Shown here in pieces: positions 22,490 to 35,905 of a DNA stretch of 64,000 nucleotides. The DNA is taken from contig JALDZS010000011.1 in NCBI GenBank assembly GCA_022813965.1, positions 1-64,000 of the forward strand, read 5' to 3'. Within the stretch, counting starts at the first letter, position 1, and the number at the start of each line of letters is the position of its first letter. Both the position numbers and the translations under genes were made by a program. Source of the DNA: Toensbergia leucococca. Its lineage: Eukaryota. The notes below the pieces were generated by a model. The model saw only the letters and a program-made list of their open reading frames with translations, did no database searches and had not been told where the DNA came from.

Positions 22490-24382
22490 TATCTCAATCG
22501 AGTAAAAGATGATGTAATATTCTGCAATTCATTGAGAAACCAGCTCAAGGTAAAGGAAGAGAAAAGAGCAAGAAGTCCCAACGAGTGGAATTTTGCGAGG
22601 GACTTGGGTAAGTATAATGATTATTTGGGAAGTAACAACATGATCAACGATGTTGATTGACATTATGAGGCATGACATGCTGGTTTTTGTGGAAGATGAC
22701 CAACGACAAAACATGAGAAAAAGTAAGAGATGGCCAATACCTAGCTCAAGAATGGCAGGGTTCAATTGATCTGATGAGCATGATGAGAATGATCCAATTG
22801 GCTTACTAGGCTGGTAGTAGGATGTCTGGTGTTCATCGGGATCTGATGTCGCTCTCTTCAATATCTACCAACCGGCCTCAAGAAGACTATAAACATGATC
22901 AAGCACCAACAGGATAGTTTTACCCACATGAGAAGCTGATGAGTCTCAGCGAGATAGTCTCTTCGAACTCTTATCACCGCAGAGAGTTGCTCGTCAACCT
23001 CGATACGTATTTTGCCAGCTGATTACTGAGTCTCGAGACATTTGAAGCCAAAGCAAGAAGCATCATCACATCATGATTATTTGAAAGATGTTCACTTAGA
23101 GATCGGTAGGTGATGAAACGTGTGATGTTGGCTTTGAGTTGGTCATCATGAATGCCTGGTGTTGCTACAGAGTATGGTATTTATAGTACACTAGTGCTGG
23201 TGCTTGAATAGAATACTGTAAATTTACAAGGATAAAGGTCTGGCCCATCCGATCTTTTTGCTGGTCCTGATTGCTTTTCTCCATACTCCGTACGCCTCCG
23301 TATCTTGTTCTTCCTGTAACCCAATCTCTCCATGTTTACTGAACCTCGACCTAGCTACCACAGAATATAATTGTTCACAATGGCACCTGGTCAATTGGGC
23401 TGTTTCCTGGCCTGCGCACGTATGGATGATTCCCCTTTTTCAACATGGGCCTTGGGCCCCGTTGGCGTATTGGATATGATGCTGTTGGGCTAGTATCAGA
23501 AAATGGGACCTGCAATGACCATCAATATCTAAACGTAGAACAAAAGATTAAGATTATTACCATAGGAGTTTCTGGCATTGCCACAGCCAGATGTGACGGT
23601 TTTCTTTCAACTTGTTGATAAAAGAACGGAAATACAGATATCTTGGCCCAGGAGTGGCCCAGGATATCGAGATAGAGTGGTGGAAGAAGAGATTATATAC
23701 CGCTGTGGCAAGAAACTTATTTTATCTAAATAATCAGTGTGTGGTAGCTGTAGGGAAAAGATTTCGCACGTATAAGAAGCTCGCAGCAATTGCCAAGACG
23801 AAAATTCACAAAGATCCTGATCAAGCATGCTAGCAAACAGAGCCATGATACCAATTGCGAATCCGAGAGACTTTGGTGCTTTGTATCTTCAATTCGTTCT
23901 CTTACTGAGACAAATATGCCCATTTAAGGAATCTCATGAATAGTATGTATCGAGGTAGAACAGGTGGCCGACCTGGAGAAGCTAGCAGGTGACGCCAGTA
24001 TCTCGCCAATAACTTTTGGGGGCGACAAATGGTACCAAACCACAGGCGGGATTTTCCTTGAATAGCATGATCCACTGCAGTGAAACGGTATACGTATCGG
24101 TCTGCTTTCGACTCCATGCAGAATGCTCCGAAAAATCAGAGGTGTGTGTGTATAGAAACGACTTTCAGTGGTCTGAGGTCAAGTGGGTTGTGTGACCTGA
24201 ACAGCCACCATCGCTTTAGGAGATATGATAATTCGCGAGAAGATAATGAAAAGATGAATCAGGTAGTACGAATCGCAGAAGAACTCCCTTTATTGAGCAA
24301 GAATAGAAATCAAGTCAAGACATCAACATTGTAATTCCAAGATCCTCATTACCTGTAGTTCTTCTACTGCAGAATGTTTTTC

Positions 24383-25738
24383 TCAGATTCGCTGTTCGTC
24401 AGCCTTCTTGTAGCCGGAAAGAGGCGAAATCCCAACAGATAGCTCATTCTTCACCTGAATCTCGCTGTCGTTGAAGTCGTCTCTTCTTTCGCAGGTGCCG
24501 CTTTCCTCATCTCTGTGACAAGCCACTACCCCCTTTCCATTGTTACCTTCCACAAGATCTTGCCCCTCGGCGTCTAAGCGCCGAGGGCCAGTCTTGGAAC
24601 CGTCTCTCATGGTACCACCACTTCTTGACCTAACCCCCATCAATTGGACATCTCTAGAGTCCTGTTGGGTCGAGCGGCTCATGGTTTTTGAGAACGGTAT
24701 GTGCTTTGTTGCCCACAGGAAGAGCGGACGGTAGGTGGGAAAGCATGCTGCCATTAGATAAAAACTAGGCTCAATAATGCTCCAGCTCACGAGACTTGTA
24801 GCTGTCCATGTGGCGTCTGTAAATGAATTCGTTCGCATGAACATAGTGAAGCGGATAATGGAGCCTACAAGACCACTGTGGAATATCTAAGCTTTAGCTC
24901 CTCAAGCACCAATGACCATTGAAGAGAACACATAACGGGAACTTACATACTACCTGTGAGAAAGGCTATTGCGAGACCTATCTTTTGATTTCTCGTAACA
25001 CATAGACGCCAAACAACCGACTGTGGTAGTATGAGCATAACGACGTCAGTAACGATGTTGGGTAAATTGAAATATTGATAGATGGCGTTCAGGTCCAAGC
25101 AATGACCACCGGGAATGGTCTTGTTCCAGTAGTATGCAAAGGGTCGACAATCAAAAGTAGTCAAAAAGAAGGACATGACTTCGGTCACGATCAAGATTGA
25201 TGCGAGGGCAAAGACGGTGACGCGGTGAGGCCAGGTTGTGAAGACTCGGTGATACATGGCCAAAATTGATAATTTAGGTAAAATGAAAGCTGGTGGGTAC
25301 GTATATTCAAGGGACTTCTCCAGCTTGAGGAAGAGTAACACCTTGACAGGGTCTGTTTCCAGCATCGCAGCGATATGGTGTCCTGCGGCAGAAAGTTCTG
25401 CCATTACTGAGAATGGTATATTCAGCTCAGCATATCAAGGCTCTATCAAAAGTACGCCCTCAAACTCTGCCCTTGAACAAGTGTGAGTGAAGAAATATAC
25501 TGTACACACTTATTCCTGTTACCGATAGTACTAAGCAGAACACCAACGATGGCAGAATGAGATAATCATCCATTCCTTTAGCCGTCTTACTGAGATAGCG
25601 AGAAGTAAAACGTAGAACCACGCAAAGGATCTGAGCAACCATAAACACAATTGATAGAGTCAATAGCCTGTTCCCAGTGTCCGCTCGAATATAAGCCTCG
25701 CTCAAAGGTCCGTTCATCGCAGGCATCATTGACGGCAT
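24383..25738 (-). CDS. PTH11-like integral membrane protein (fungal rhodopsin-like domain, no CFEM); 3 exons
   Basis: VVLRFTSR…GMDDYL, KLSILAMYHRVF, DCRPFAYYWNKTIPGGHC, NIVTDVVMLILP, WSIIEPSFYLMAACFP. Confidence 0.9.
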
Positions 25739-27816
25739 TTTAGCATATTGCAGGTCCTTTCTGAGCTATAGAAGACAACCGAGTGGAATTAAAGAACGCG
25801 GAAAGGGCCTTGAACATTTGAGCATAAAAACATGCCAACGAGAAATAGAGTGACCCTGATAATGACATCTTGGAATAAGGCAATGCGGGGCGAGAAGGAA
25901 AAACAGTGTTTGATTTGTGTTTTAATTATTGGCATAAGGCGACAATGAGCATAGCGACCCCAGCGATCTTTTGGGACAGAGTAATGCATGTACGAGTACA
26001 GATGCGGCCGCTCATCAATACCTACTGTCACATCAGCATGGCATGAGGAAAGCTCTGCCAAAGGATTGAGCAGGCTTTGCATCATGGTGCAATGGGAGCG
26101 AGTATTGCTGGTCGACAAATTCGGGTCTTGGGTGGCAATGACTTCCGAACGTCCTATCGATGGGGACTTGCCATAATACGCGGGGAAAAGGTGCATCTGC
26201 ATTGAACGAAGTAAGTTGCAGCCATTGGCGGGGCAAGAGTTGTGAACGATCGTTCTGATAGAATCCGGCAATCATTGGCGTGCATAACTCATGCTGGTTC
26301 CAGATAACTCGTAACGTACACGATTGGTCGTGAACATATTGCACTGCCTCTTTGCTTCGCTACTCTATTCATTACTTTAAATCCAACAATTTGGACGGGC
26401 TTCTTAGGATTCAAACATTTTCTGCCATGGGCTATAGTTGCTTTGTTACCCAGCATGTTCCAGTCTATATGCAATGAGGATGAACGGTCGCGTGGGTGGG
26501 CCGGAAAAGGATGTTTGGCATGCTTAGACAAGCTGTCCTACCATGTTGAGAAACCCCATTAAGCAAAAAGTCGAGTCATTGGATATCCATGACCTAGACT
26601 CGATATGACATCTCATTGTCTGAAATTGGAAATACCTAGGTGTTAGTTTAATAGGGTTCGTGGTGATCAGCATTTTGGTTAAGACAAGTCCAGTCCGCAT
26701 CTTCTGGGTAAGCTACGAGTACCCCACCACTCCCACTGTTACACAACATTGTTCCTGGCTTCGTGCATTGCCGTTACGTCATTAGTCACCCAATACGGCC
26801 AGCGTTGATGGAGAGTATTGATTACATGGCTTGGTTGGTGGGCTTCCCTGCCGCTGATCAGTGAGATCAATGGAAGTCGTAGCTGGAAAGGCCCTCGTTT
26901 GGCCTTAGATTTGACGATGGGGTCCCCAGGTTGACGCATTGGGATGTATGTAGAGAATTTCGCCCAAAAAAGCTAGACTCCGAACGTAGCCTTGCTGATT
27001 GCGACTTCCTCAGGAAGTCATTTGGCAGGATAAAGACCTATTGGAGCTTGGCGAGCTGGCTTCAGAGAGATCGTTGTGGCTCGTTGCGCCTCCGTTGGTA
27101 GGCGTCGAGAGACCCAAGTCCAGGATTCACATATCCTTAGGCCACACCATCCCAAACCTGCACTATCTGGTGATCTTCAACTACCGTCCATGTATGCCGC
27201 TGGTCCATAGATTAATATGTACTGTTTGGAGCGCCAACCTAAATCGACAGTAAATCGTCGTCTAGCTTACCGAGAATAATCGGCAGGTGGCGAGCTACCT
27301 TCCATTTCCCTTAATTATTGAAGGTATCAAGACCCTCGATGTCCGCTTGATTTGGTTATCAGCTGCTGTTGTCGTCGACGCTCTTTTCGATTCCTAAGAG
27401 GACGGTGTGCCTGTCGCATTTACTCTTCGCGGAAGGACGGCGCAAAAGATGTTCTTCTTGCCCACGAAGAGCATTCTACACATAAGATTTAACTTCCATT
27501 CCAAACGTCGAGTAACGGACTAGAGCAGGTTGATTACTCTGGAGGCACATTCCAGACATAGCGCTGACTCGATTCCTATTCCGCATCGGCGAAACTTCGC
27601 TGGTAGCATACACTGGTTTGCAGCTTTCACTCGATCCGATTGCCATTTCGTGCATTCAAGATGCGGCCTCTGCAGGTGAAATGATATCTTAATTTCACTG
27701 GCAAGTGTCGCCGTCAAGCTCTTCGTTAGTTCTTTCGATTTTGGCAGAGACTATGCAAGAGGGTCTTCGAACTGCACTGGAAGTGCATTCGAGTCCCCAG
27801 ACCCTTCGAAATCGTG

Positions 27817-28518
27817 CTAAGATGATTTTGTCATAGATCTCAGGTATGGAAACGTGTGGAAGAACCATGAATTCTCAGGATACCTACGTCGTCCGGTTAA
27901 TTGCCTCAAATTTGCGATTGATAACTTGCCAAAGGCTTGAGGGCATTGTCCGGTGTTGTTGTACTCAGCTGCCATGTTCTCGACGACAGTGCGTAGCTCC
28001 CTAAGGCCTAGGTATTCGCCGGTATTCAAGGTGTGTAAGTTTGGCAGCATTGGAAGTAATAGTGCCGACATAGTTGTCTGAATGCCAATGGATATTCTTA
28101 CTATCCACAGTTCACACTGGGGGGTTGGGATCAGAGTTGAGTTCCGCAATACAGCGAAGACTAGCTTGACTTGCTCGGGAGACATGACTTGAGGCAGAGT
28201 TCTCAAGTCGACTCGATGGTAATTACGAGTTGGACGTAGATCGTTAACTTTGACGTCTTTAATGTAGTATGCGATTCTTGAGTCGCCCAATACTTCTAAT
28301 AATACGGTTTGAACACTGTCGTTGCCATCTTTGCTGAAAATGAGGCGCCCATACTTTTTCTTGAGCAAGCGATGCTCGTGCATTTGGGGAGCTGCAACCT
28401 TGTTAAACAATGAGCATGTTGCGGCAAAGTTCTCGAGGTCTTCTGGATCTGGATGCAGGTAATGAAGCACACGAAGAAGCATCTCTATTGGGATGCTAAT
28501 GAGACTAGCCATTGTCAT
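27817..28518 (-). CDS. F-box-like protein (possibly truncated or pseudogenised at the 3' end)
   Basis: LISIPIEMLLRVLHYLHPDPEDLENFAATC F-box motif; IAYYIKDV and LLLPMLPNLHTL blocks typical of fungal F-box/LRR proteins. Confidence 0.6.
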   Translation of the reverse strand: MTMASLISIPIEMLLRVLHYLHPDPEDLENFAATCSLFNKVAAPQMHEHRLLKKKYGRLIFSKDGNDSVQTVLLEVLGDSRIAYYIKDVKVNDLRPTRNYHRVDLRTLPQVMSPEQVKLVFAVLRNSTLIPTPQCELWIVRISIGIQTTMSALLLPMLPNLHTLNTGEYLGLRELRTVVENMAAEYNNTGQCPQAFGKLSIANLRQLTGRRRYPENSWFFHTFPYLRSMTKSS

Positions 28519-28692
28519 CCGCTCGTGAGAGTTCAATTTCGAGAAAGCCTGCTCATAAGAACGTGAGATTGTTGGCAAAATTGGTAGGAGTACAAGTATG
28601 AGTACGAGTACCCGTAGAAGAAAAGATTGTCGCGTGATCGCGGTCTACAATAGAAACAAATATTCTAGAATCTATCCCCCTGGCCACCCTCG

Positions 28693-29024
28693 CCCCCAAC
28701 CGGCCAGCCTTATAGGGCTCGCGCCTGAAAAAAAAAACTGCAATAGCCGAATTTTCGCCCGCACCACCCGCACCTACTAAAACTACAGGTCTATTCAATC
28801 ATCACCATGCCATGAGTCAGAAATCACCCCAAAGTAGAAAGAAAACCTCGTTAAGACACTCTTACCCTAACACAGGCTGATAGTTGCAAATAAATCAATA
28901 TAATAAGTTTTATTCAAGTGGTTTTGGTAGGTGCGGGCAAAAATTTGGCTATTGCAGTTTTTTTTTCAGGCGCGAGTAGGGCTAGGCCAGAAATTTTTTT
29001 TCTATAGAAGTGGCCGGTTGGGGG
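28693..29024. mobile_element. MITE-like foldback element (~330 bp)
   Basis: CCCCCAACCGGCCA / TGGCCGGTTGGGGG termini; internal arms CTCGCGCCTGAAAA..CTGCAATAGCC / GGCTATTGCAG..TTTCAGGCGCGAG and CCCGCACCTAC / GTAGGTGCGGG; AT-rich spacer; no ORF. Confidence 0.7.
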
Positions 29025-31745
29025 TAGACCCTTATACTCGTACTTGGTCCACCATTTGACCATCTCATCATCGGCATCCGACGATCAATCACGATCAGCG
29101 TATACGAGCCCCACGTCAACTGAAGGATTTCCCTGCTCGTGTATACTTAAGAAAGGGTATGACGAAGACTCTTCACCAAGCCAATGCATCCACGGGGTTT
29201 GATCGACCTAAGTGGTGAATAATCGTGTATCGGCTTTTGACTCTTCGAGTGCCATTGCCAGCTTCGAGGTCTATGAGTATGTTCTGTAAAAGTAAAGGAC
29301 ACTTTCCTGTGGATGCGCTACGTGAAAGTCATATCAGTGGTCAATGCATCTACTTCATCGAATGCCTGACTTCGCCTTGTCCGTCAACTCGATTGGATGC
29401 AGAGAGTGCATCGCAAAAGCCATGGCTCGTTACATGATCCAGGGCTAGGACTTGACGAGCCGCTCATGTGGCTCTTATTGGCAACCTATTTTATTTCAAT
29501 TGTTTATCATTTCTCCGTGCAGCCTATAGGACTATGGCAGTTAAGATGCATATGTGCAAGAAAACCTCATGTCAGGTGCAAAATTTGCTAGTCTGTGGCT
29601 TGTTTACGGCTAAATGTCCGTTCATGACTACACATACCCGGGTGATTGAGCACAAGGAAATCTTGCACTGCTGCTGACCCAAACTCCTTGACAGTGTGAT
29701 TCATCACAGATCATGAATATAGATAGTGGATACACAGCATGAGCAGTCGCCCTACTCATGAACTTCTATTAGATCTTTTCAACGGTTGTTAGTGCCAGAT
29801 TTGGGCTTTGTTTGAAAGCTGGCATTGTCGTGCAATTGGCTTCCGGATTCAATGTACGCGTAGATAGACCTGGTCTTTGAAGTGGAGCTGGCCATTGATG
29901 CTGGCAATGGGCTTCCGATGTCGTTGTTTCAGGTCTATCTTCCGTGTAGATAGACCTGATATTTGTGGAGATATCTAGGCTCTGCTGAATACTACAAGCA
30001 GTAACAATAGGTTCGTATCTGGCAGCACGTACAGCTCGATCTCATCGCCGGCCCTTGTTAGCAAGTGTTTAGAACCTCATAGCTAATTTTCTGGTCAAGT
30101 TGCACCAAGGGATCAGTCCACGATACGTACGATGCGTACGATACAGCATTGGGCTGGAGTGTTTTAGACATAGACAAGAACAGTGACAGGATACATTGAA
30201 AATTCCAGGATGTATTCTAAGATATGTGATCGAGACTGCTATTTGAGCACTATCGGAGCCAGTAGTCAGAGCAATTTATTGGGAGGATGTGAACGACCAG
30301 GAAAATCGAAAGAATATAACAAGTCCGAGATATATCCCGAGATATCAGATTCTGAATCTGCTGATCATAGAGCTATCGGAGAATATGATCAAAACAATCA
30401 ATCGAAAAGAAAGCGAGCTGCTTTTACGCCGGCAGATTGACAATGCCTTCTTCTTGATAATCAACAATGTTAGCACGATACAGGCGAGCTGAGAAGGTTC
30501 GATTGAAAGAGTCACCCGAAAGCAGAATTATGTTGAAAATCCACTTCGGCAGATGTTTTCACTCCCTTAGAGATAGCGAGGCAACTCTCCGGAAATATAT
30601 CCCAGTATTTCTCTCGCCGTGTTGACAGTGTTGGCCCACATGCCTATCCTGATTAGTTGACAATGGAGATATAGGTGTTAACATTCGCAACTCGTGGTTA
30701 CTTTGCCGGATGGTGAGGTTCGTCAAGATTGACCTTCTCCGTGTTTCAGAAGCAGATGGGTCACGCTGTTGGCAGAGCTCCTACTACAATACCAGGTCCC
30801 AGCTGGTAATCTGTACTGCTACAAAGCATATTGTAAGCCGAAGTTTGAGGAAAACACTACTTGCGGCGGCTTGATGTGGCGATGCCTTAACAATCCGCAG
30901 TAGTAAGATGGATGTCAAAATTGTGATTCTGGTCTCCTAAAGTGCAAACCTAGGCAGGGATAACCTTCTTTATGGTGTGGTACTTGCCTAAACGTCGCGT
31001 CTATCTCTTACGCGGTACCTTGAAAGTGCCGCAGGCGTGCCAGTGGCAAGGCCTCCAAAACGCGCCCCTAAGCTTCAGCCAAACAACTGGGAAACCCTCA
31101 CCGGCAATTACCACGACGACACGTGGAAGAGGTCAGTTTCCCTGGAGGTACGCAATTGAGCTCAATTCAAGAAAGCAAAGTCCATGGTGACTCTATCCTG
31201 GAGTTGTGGTACTCTCAGTCGACTGTCACACAGGTCGTGTGTTCTGCTAGTCTATACTTAGCACGTTCTTCACTATGGGCTGTTTGACATGATTTCTGAC
31301 AGAGGTAAACGTGCTTCGAAGGCCCTAATGGATAATAGGAGTCTTTAAATACGATCTGATCGCTTTTGATCTGCACGTTTCAGCTCCGGGCTACTTTCTG
31401 CTTCCGGTAATCACTAATCCACAGCCTGAAACCAACGCTACCTTCGCCACCATCCCTTTTATGCGACAACATCTCGACCCATCGCGCACGATGGTCAACA
31501 ATCTTCAACTGATGAATGACTGGGAATCGGAATATTCTCCGTTCCTTCGTGTGTTTCGTTGAGCGCCGCACCTCGATACCCGACAAGACGTGTTATAAAG
31601 ACTGTATCTTCGGGCCTGTGCGTCAGCAACGTTGGTCTAGTACATAATGCTGCAGCCGGCTTCTCAATTCCACGGATCAAGCCATCTCCCGGTGTTGTCC
31701 TTTTTTATTAGATCCAATCCCTCCTGCCGGGTCATCGTCGCTGGA

Positions 31746-32361
31746 ATGCACCATTTTCTCCTCCTTATTTCTCTGACCCTGACACTCTCTATCCGCCATG
31801 CATACGCAACACCCCTTCCAGATGATTTGCAGACCTGTGTGCATGGCTTCTGCCATACAGACACACGAGACACCTTGACCGTCCCTCCAGGCTGTCTCAC
31901 TCCGCCAAAGTCCTCATCAAGCTCAGTGGGCAACCGAGATGTATCGCGACTAAAACGGGTGCCCAAAGAGTGCTTTCAGATATGGGGCGTAACAGGCATT
32001 CCCTTAGTCTACAATGTCGCCTCCAGGATTTTCTTTCTACCAAGAGGACTTTACCAGGTGAATTGGGAAAATGTTTTCACGGACGGGCCGGTGGCAGAGG
32101 TGCTCGGTATGTCGCAACACACGTCTCTTGCGGTGATTGTAGAACAGTTGAAGGTGCTGATGTGTTTCTTGTGTTTCCATAGTGGTTCTTGAATTGTGGA
32201 CAGAAGGAGTTAACGGAATGTTGGACACGTTGGTAGATAATCTCTTTGCTCAAGGCGAAAGCATCGTCAGTGATGGTGTGGGCATGTATTTCAAGCTCAA
32301 GCAGGCGCCCGCCTCCGGGCCTTTTCAGGCTGTGCGACTTTGGGTGCAGAAAATAGCATGA
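31746..32361 (+). CDS. Small secreted protein with Kex2 site; intron 32107-32182
   Basis: Signal peptide MHHFLLLISLTLTLSIRHAYA; Cys-containing pro-region; RLKR; GTATGT…CTGAT…TAG intron joins an open second exon ending …AVRLWVQKIA*. Confidence 0.75.
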
Positions 32362-32987
32362 AAGAAAAAAAGAAACTGTTCTTGGGCACAACACAACAGC
32401 CAACCTTGTCAAAGGAAACAGGTCGATGGATGCTGCACAAATGAAGAAATAGCAAATTGATGAAACTTGGGGGAGCTTTGGTAATGAAACGACGCGCGCC
32501 GGATAGCATAGAAGGCGTCAGGAGATTTTGGATGGCGGAGGAATAAACATAGTGAGAACGTGTTTTTGTGCATAAAAGACATATTCTAGAAATCGAAGGC
32601 ATATCATCACATTAAAGCGCTCGGCACCTTCAACGTCTCTCACGAACAGCCCAGGCTTCATACATGTCATGGATAGAACTGTGAAGACATGTAGCGAAGA
32701 GCTCAGAAGGTAAGTCTAAAACAGACACTCTCCATTGGGTTTCTTGATTCTCTTTTCTCTTTTCTCTTTCCGTTGCCCCTTGTTACCGATTTCCGTTGTC
32801 GGTCACGGACACTGAATGTTCCGGATGACGCGAGTAATTAGATAGAACTAGCGCCAGGGTGATGTCAACATGCAACGCTCGAAGCTACTCGAGAAAGGCC
32901 TGATGGCTCAACAAGACGCGTTGAAATGAATCATTTTAGCCGTCTAAGTTTATTGAACCAAGTCGATTGATTCCAAATGTTGGACAA

Positions 32988-34838
32988 ATGTCACAAGTAC
33001 CCCAATCCCTCCCCGGAGTACCGCGGCCTGGTCCACCTCCAGGGCCTGATCCTCGGCCCCGGCCGGGAAAGAGATTAATTATCGGCTGTGACGGTACGTG
33101 TCTCTAGAATATCTCTGATCAAATCGTATCTGAAAGATATCAAAACTCAAGTAAATATCGCACTTTAGGGACATGGCTAGACTCAGATATGGGCCTGAGC
33201 CGCGGCATGCTCCCCATCCCCAGCAATGTGACCCGCCTCACTCGCGCCATCAAATCCACCAGCAGTGACGGAATCTCCCAGATAGTCTACTATCAAGCCG
33301 GTGTTGGCTCTCAAGGAGGTATCTTCGGCCGCGTTGTCGGTGGGGCCACCGGCTCAGGCCTAGCCGAAAATGTCCGTGTAGCATATGAATTCATCTCCAA
33401 CAATTACTCCTGGGGCGATGAGATCTTTCTCGTCGGTTTCTCTCGTGGCGCCTTCACGGCGAGAAGTATCGCCGGCATGATTGGTATCATTGGCGTGTTG
33501 ACCAAGGCTGGACTACCGTTTTTCGCCGAGATTTTCAAAGACTTTGAAAATCGATATGATGATAATTATCGTCCTGTTTTTCGAGATATCCCTTTTCCGG
33601 ATAAGCCGAATGTTAGGGACCCCGAGTATCGGAGGGGATTGCAGAAGGTAGGGCTTGCACTTTGGAAATAGAATCTCATCTAATCGTACATTGAAGCGTG
33701 GCCTCACTACTTTGAATGTCCCGATCAAAGCCGTAGCCGTTTGGGAGACTGTTGGTAAGTTCTTTCCTCTGAGAAATTAACAACAAAGGCATCTAAATGA
33801 ACCAACAGGCTCTCTCGGAATCCCCCGTATAGGCTGGCTTGAAGTCGTAGGCTTACAAACCAGCAAAATGAAAGAATACAAATTCTATGACACAAGCTTA
33901 GATCCTTGCATAGAAAACGCATTTCAAGCCCTGGGATTGGACGAACACCGAGCTTCATTCTCACCAGCGGTATGGGAAAAGCCCCGGAAAACCATGACTG
34001 TAAGTAGTTATCAATCGAGAGATTATCATGAACATCAAATCCTTGAGAATGCTAAGATGTGTCTCGCAGAACCTCCGACAAGTCTGGTTTCCAGGAGTGC
34101 ATTCTAACATCGGTGGAGGTTATGCGGATCAAGAGATTGCTAATATCACCTTGGCTTGGATGATGTCACAGCTTCAAGCCATGATTGATTTCCAACCGGA
34201 TTACATTATCCAGGAATTTGAGTCAAATGGGAAGTACTACGAGAAAAAGGGGCAAGACGTCAGGCCGTGGTCTTTCGGTAAGATGAAGGCTCTAAGTATC
34301 CAAAGCAGCCTCTAAGAACCTATTCTCCTCTGCTGAATCTCAAGCACCTCTCTGAGACTCCTGATGTTGAAAAACTAATATCTCCCTCCCAATAGGCGAA
34401 GTGTACAATTCACTAACAGGAATATACGTTCTCGGCGGTACCAAAACTCGCACGCCAGGCTCCTACTATCGCGTTGACCCAGTGTCCGGCCGCCCGACCT
34501 CCAAACCTCTCCGCAACACCAATGAATATATGCACCCTTCGGTGCGCACACGGCTCACCCTGGACGGACCTGGGACCCATGACCGAGGTCTCTACGATCC
34601 CAAATCTTTGCGCGATTGGAAACTTGTCAGTGATAAGGGAGGAGCGCCGGTACCGGGCCAGGGGCCGGGCTGGATGTGGAAGTCGAGATCGACTAAGAAA
34701 GTGTTGCCGGAGAGCCCGTTGTGGGATGTTGAGAGGAGGCTGCTAGGGACCGATCCGGAGATGTTTGATTATGTCGTCAAAGGGCCGAGACGGTCGGGGA
34801 GGTCGAGGTCGAGATCGAGATCGAGATCTAGGGATTGA
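32988..34838 (+). CDS. DUF2235 (Tle1-like alpha/beta hydrolase) domain protein, multi-exon, with RS-dipeptide tail
   Basis: KRLIIGCDGTW, SNVTRL, VYYQAGVG, GFSRGAFTARS, VWETVGSLG, QALGLDEHR, QVWFPGVHSNIGGG. Confidence 0.9.
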
Positions 34839-35905
34839 TGAGCATTCTATTCATTCTGGCGAATTAATACGCTCGGATGAGGTGTGTGGATCCGGATGAG
34901 ATTTTCAACGGCTCCTCTTCTGTCAGGATGCGGAAACAGCGCAGACAACCAACAGCTCGCGCGAGTGTCTCTTCTTTACCAGAGGAGAGGTTAATTGAAT
35001 AATCCAACGACATGGGTACACCCTGGCCGACTCAAGCAACGAAGCAATGCATGTTCGATAATGAGCGCTCGGATTCAGGGACCTAGCGATGGACCTTGAG
35101 ATACACTAACTCCAAGCCATCTCTTGGCCGGCTATTGAGACTTAGCGCCTTAGAAGGGGTTATCCAGCATCCGGCACCAAGACTTCAGAACCTATTTGAC
35201 TGGATATGTGCGCCATCTGCGCTAGACATACGGTTCAATTCAATGTACGTCGGTGATCGGGCTCGGAAAGTCGTCTAGGAAAAAAGTCATTGCCTAGATA
35301 ACAGCAGCCAAAATATCATGCAAGCTCAGGATAGAAGCAATGCTAGAATGGAAGATTCTGGTTTTGGAGGAAGAGCGCAGGGTTGTTCATGTCCAAAGCC
35401 GAGCACGGGAGGTGCATCATGTGCGAAGCAGCCCATGTTTGTCATTGAAGGATCAGTTAAGATTGCTTCTTCATTGCCATGCACAAAGCCTGCTGTGTGT
35501 CTCAAAGCATTGCATACGGCCGACAAGGCTTGCAATAATGAGATTGAAGAAGCGTACAAACGTCCAACTTGCATTGTTTGTTACCTACCTACCTGAGAAT
35601 TGTAAGATTGATAAATTACTGAGGTAATGTCAACTCTGATTCTCTTGACCTTGACCTCTCACTTCTCTTTACTTTGATGACTTTGATCTTCGTTTCATCC
35701 TAGGACTTCTCTTCAGACTGCAGTGTTGTTGGTGCCATTTGGTCAACGTTTTGGGATTCATAGCATGTGGCGCGATATTCATATTGATCAACTTTTCAGA
35801 CTAAATACCTGAACACGACAAATCTTATCATCATCACCCTTCCTGCATACACTCAGCTTCATTCCAAAATCCGGCTTCTATTCTCTCATTCGTGATTGAA
35901 CATCC

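Noticed and set aside
30890..30900. CAATCCGCAG resembling the group I intron Q element
   Set aside because: No P, R or S elements found nearby.
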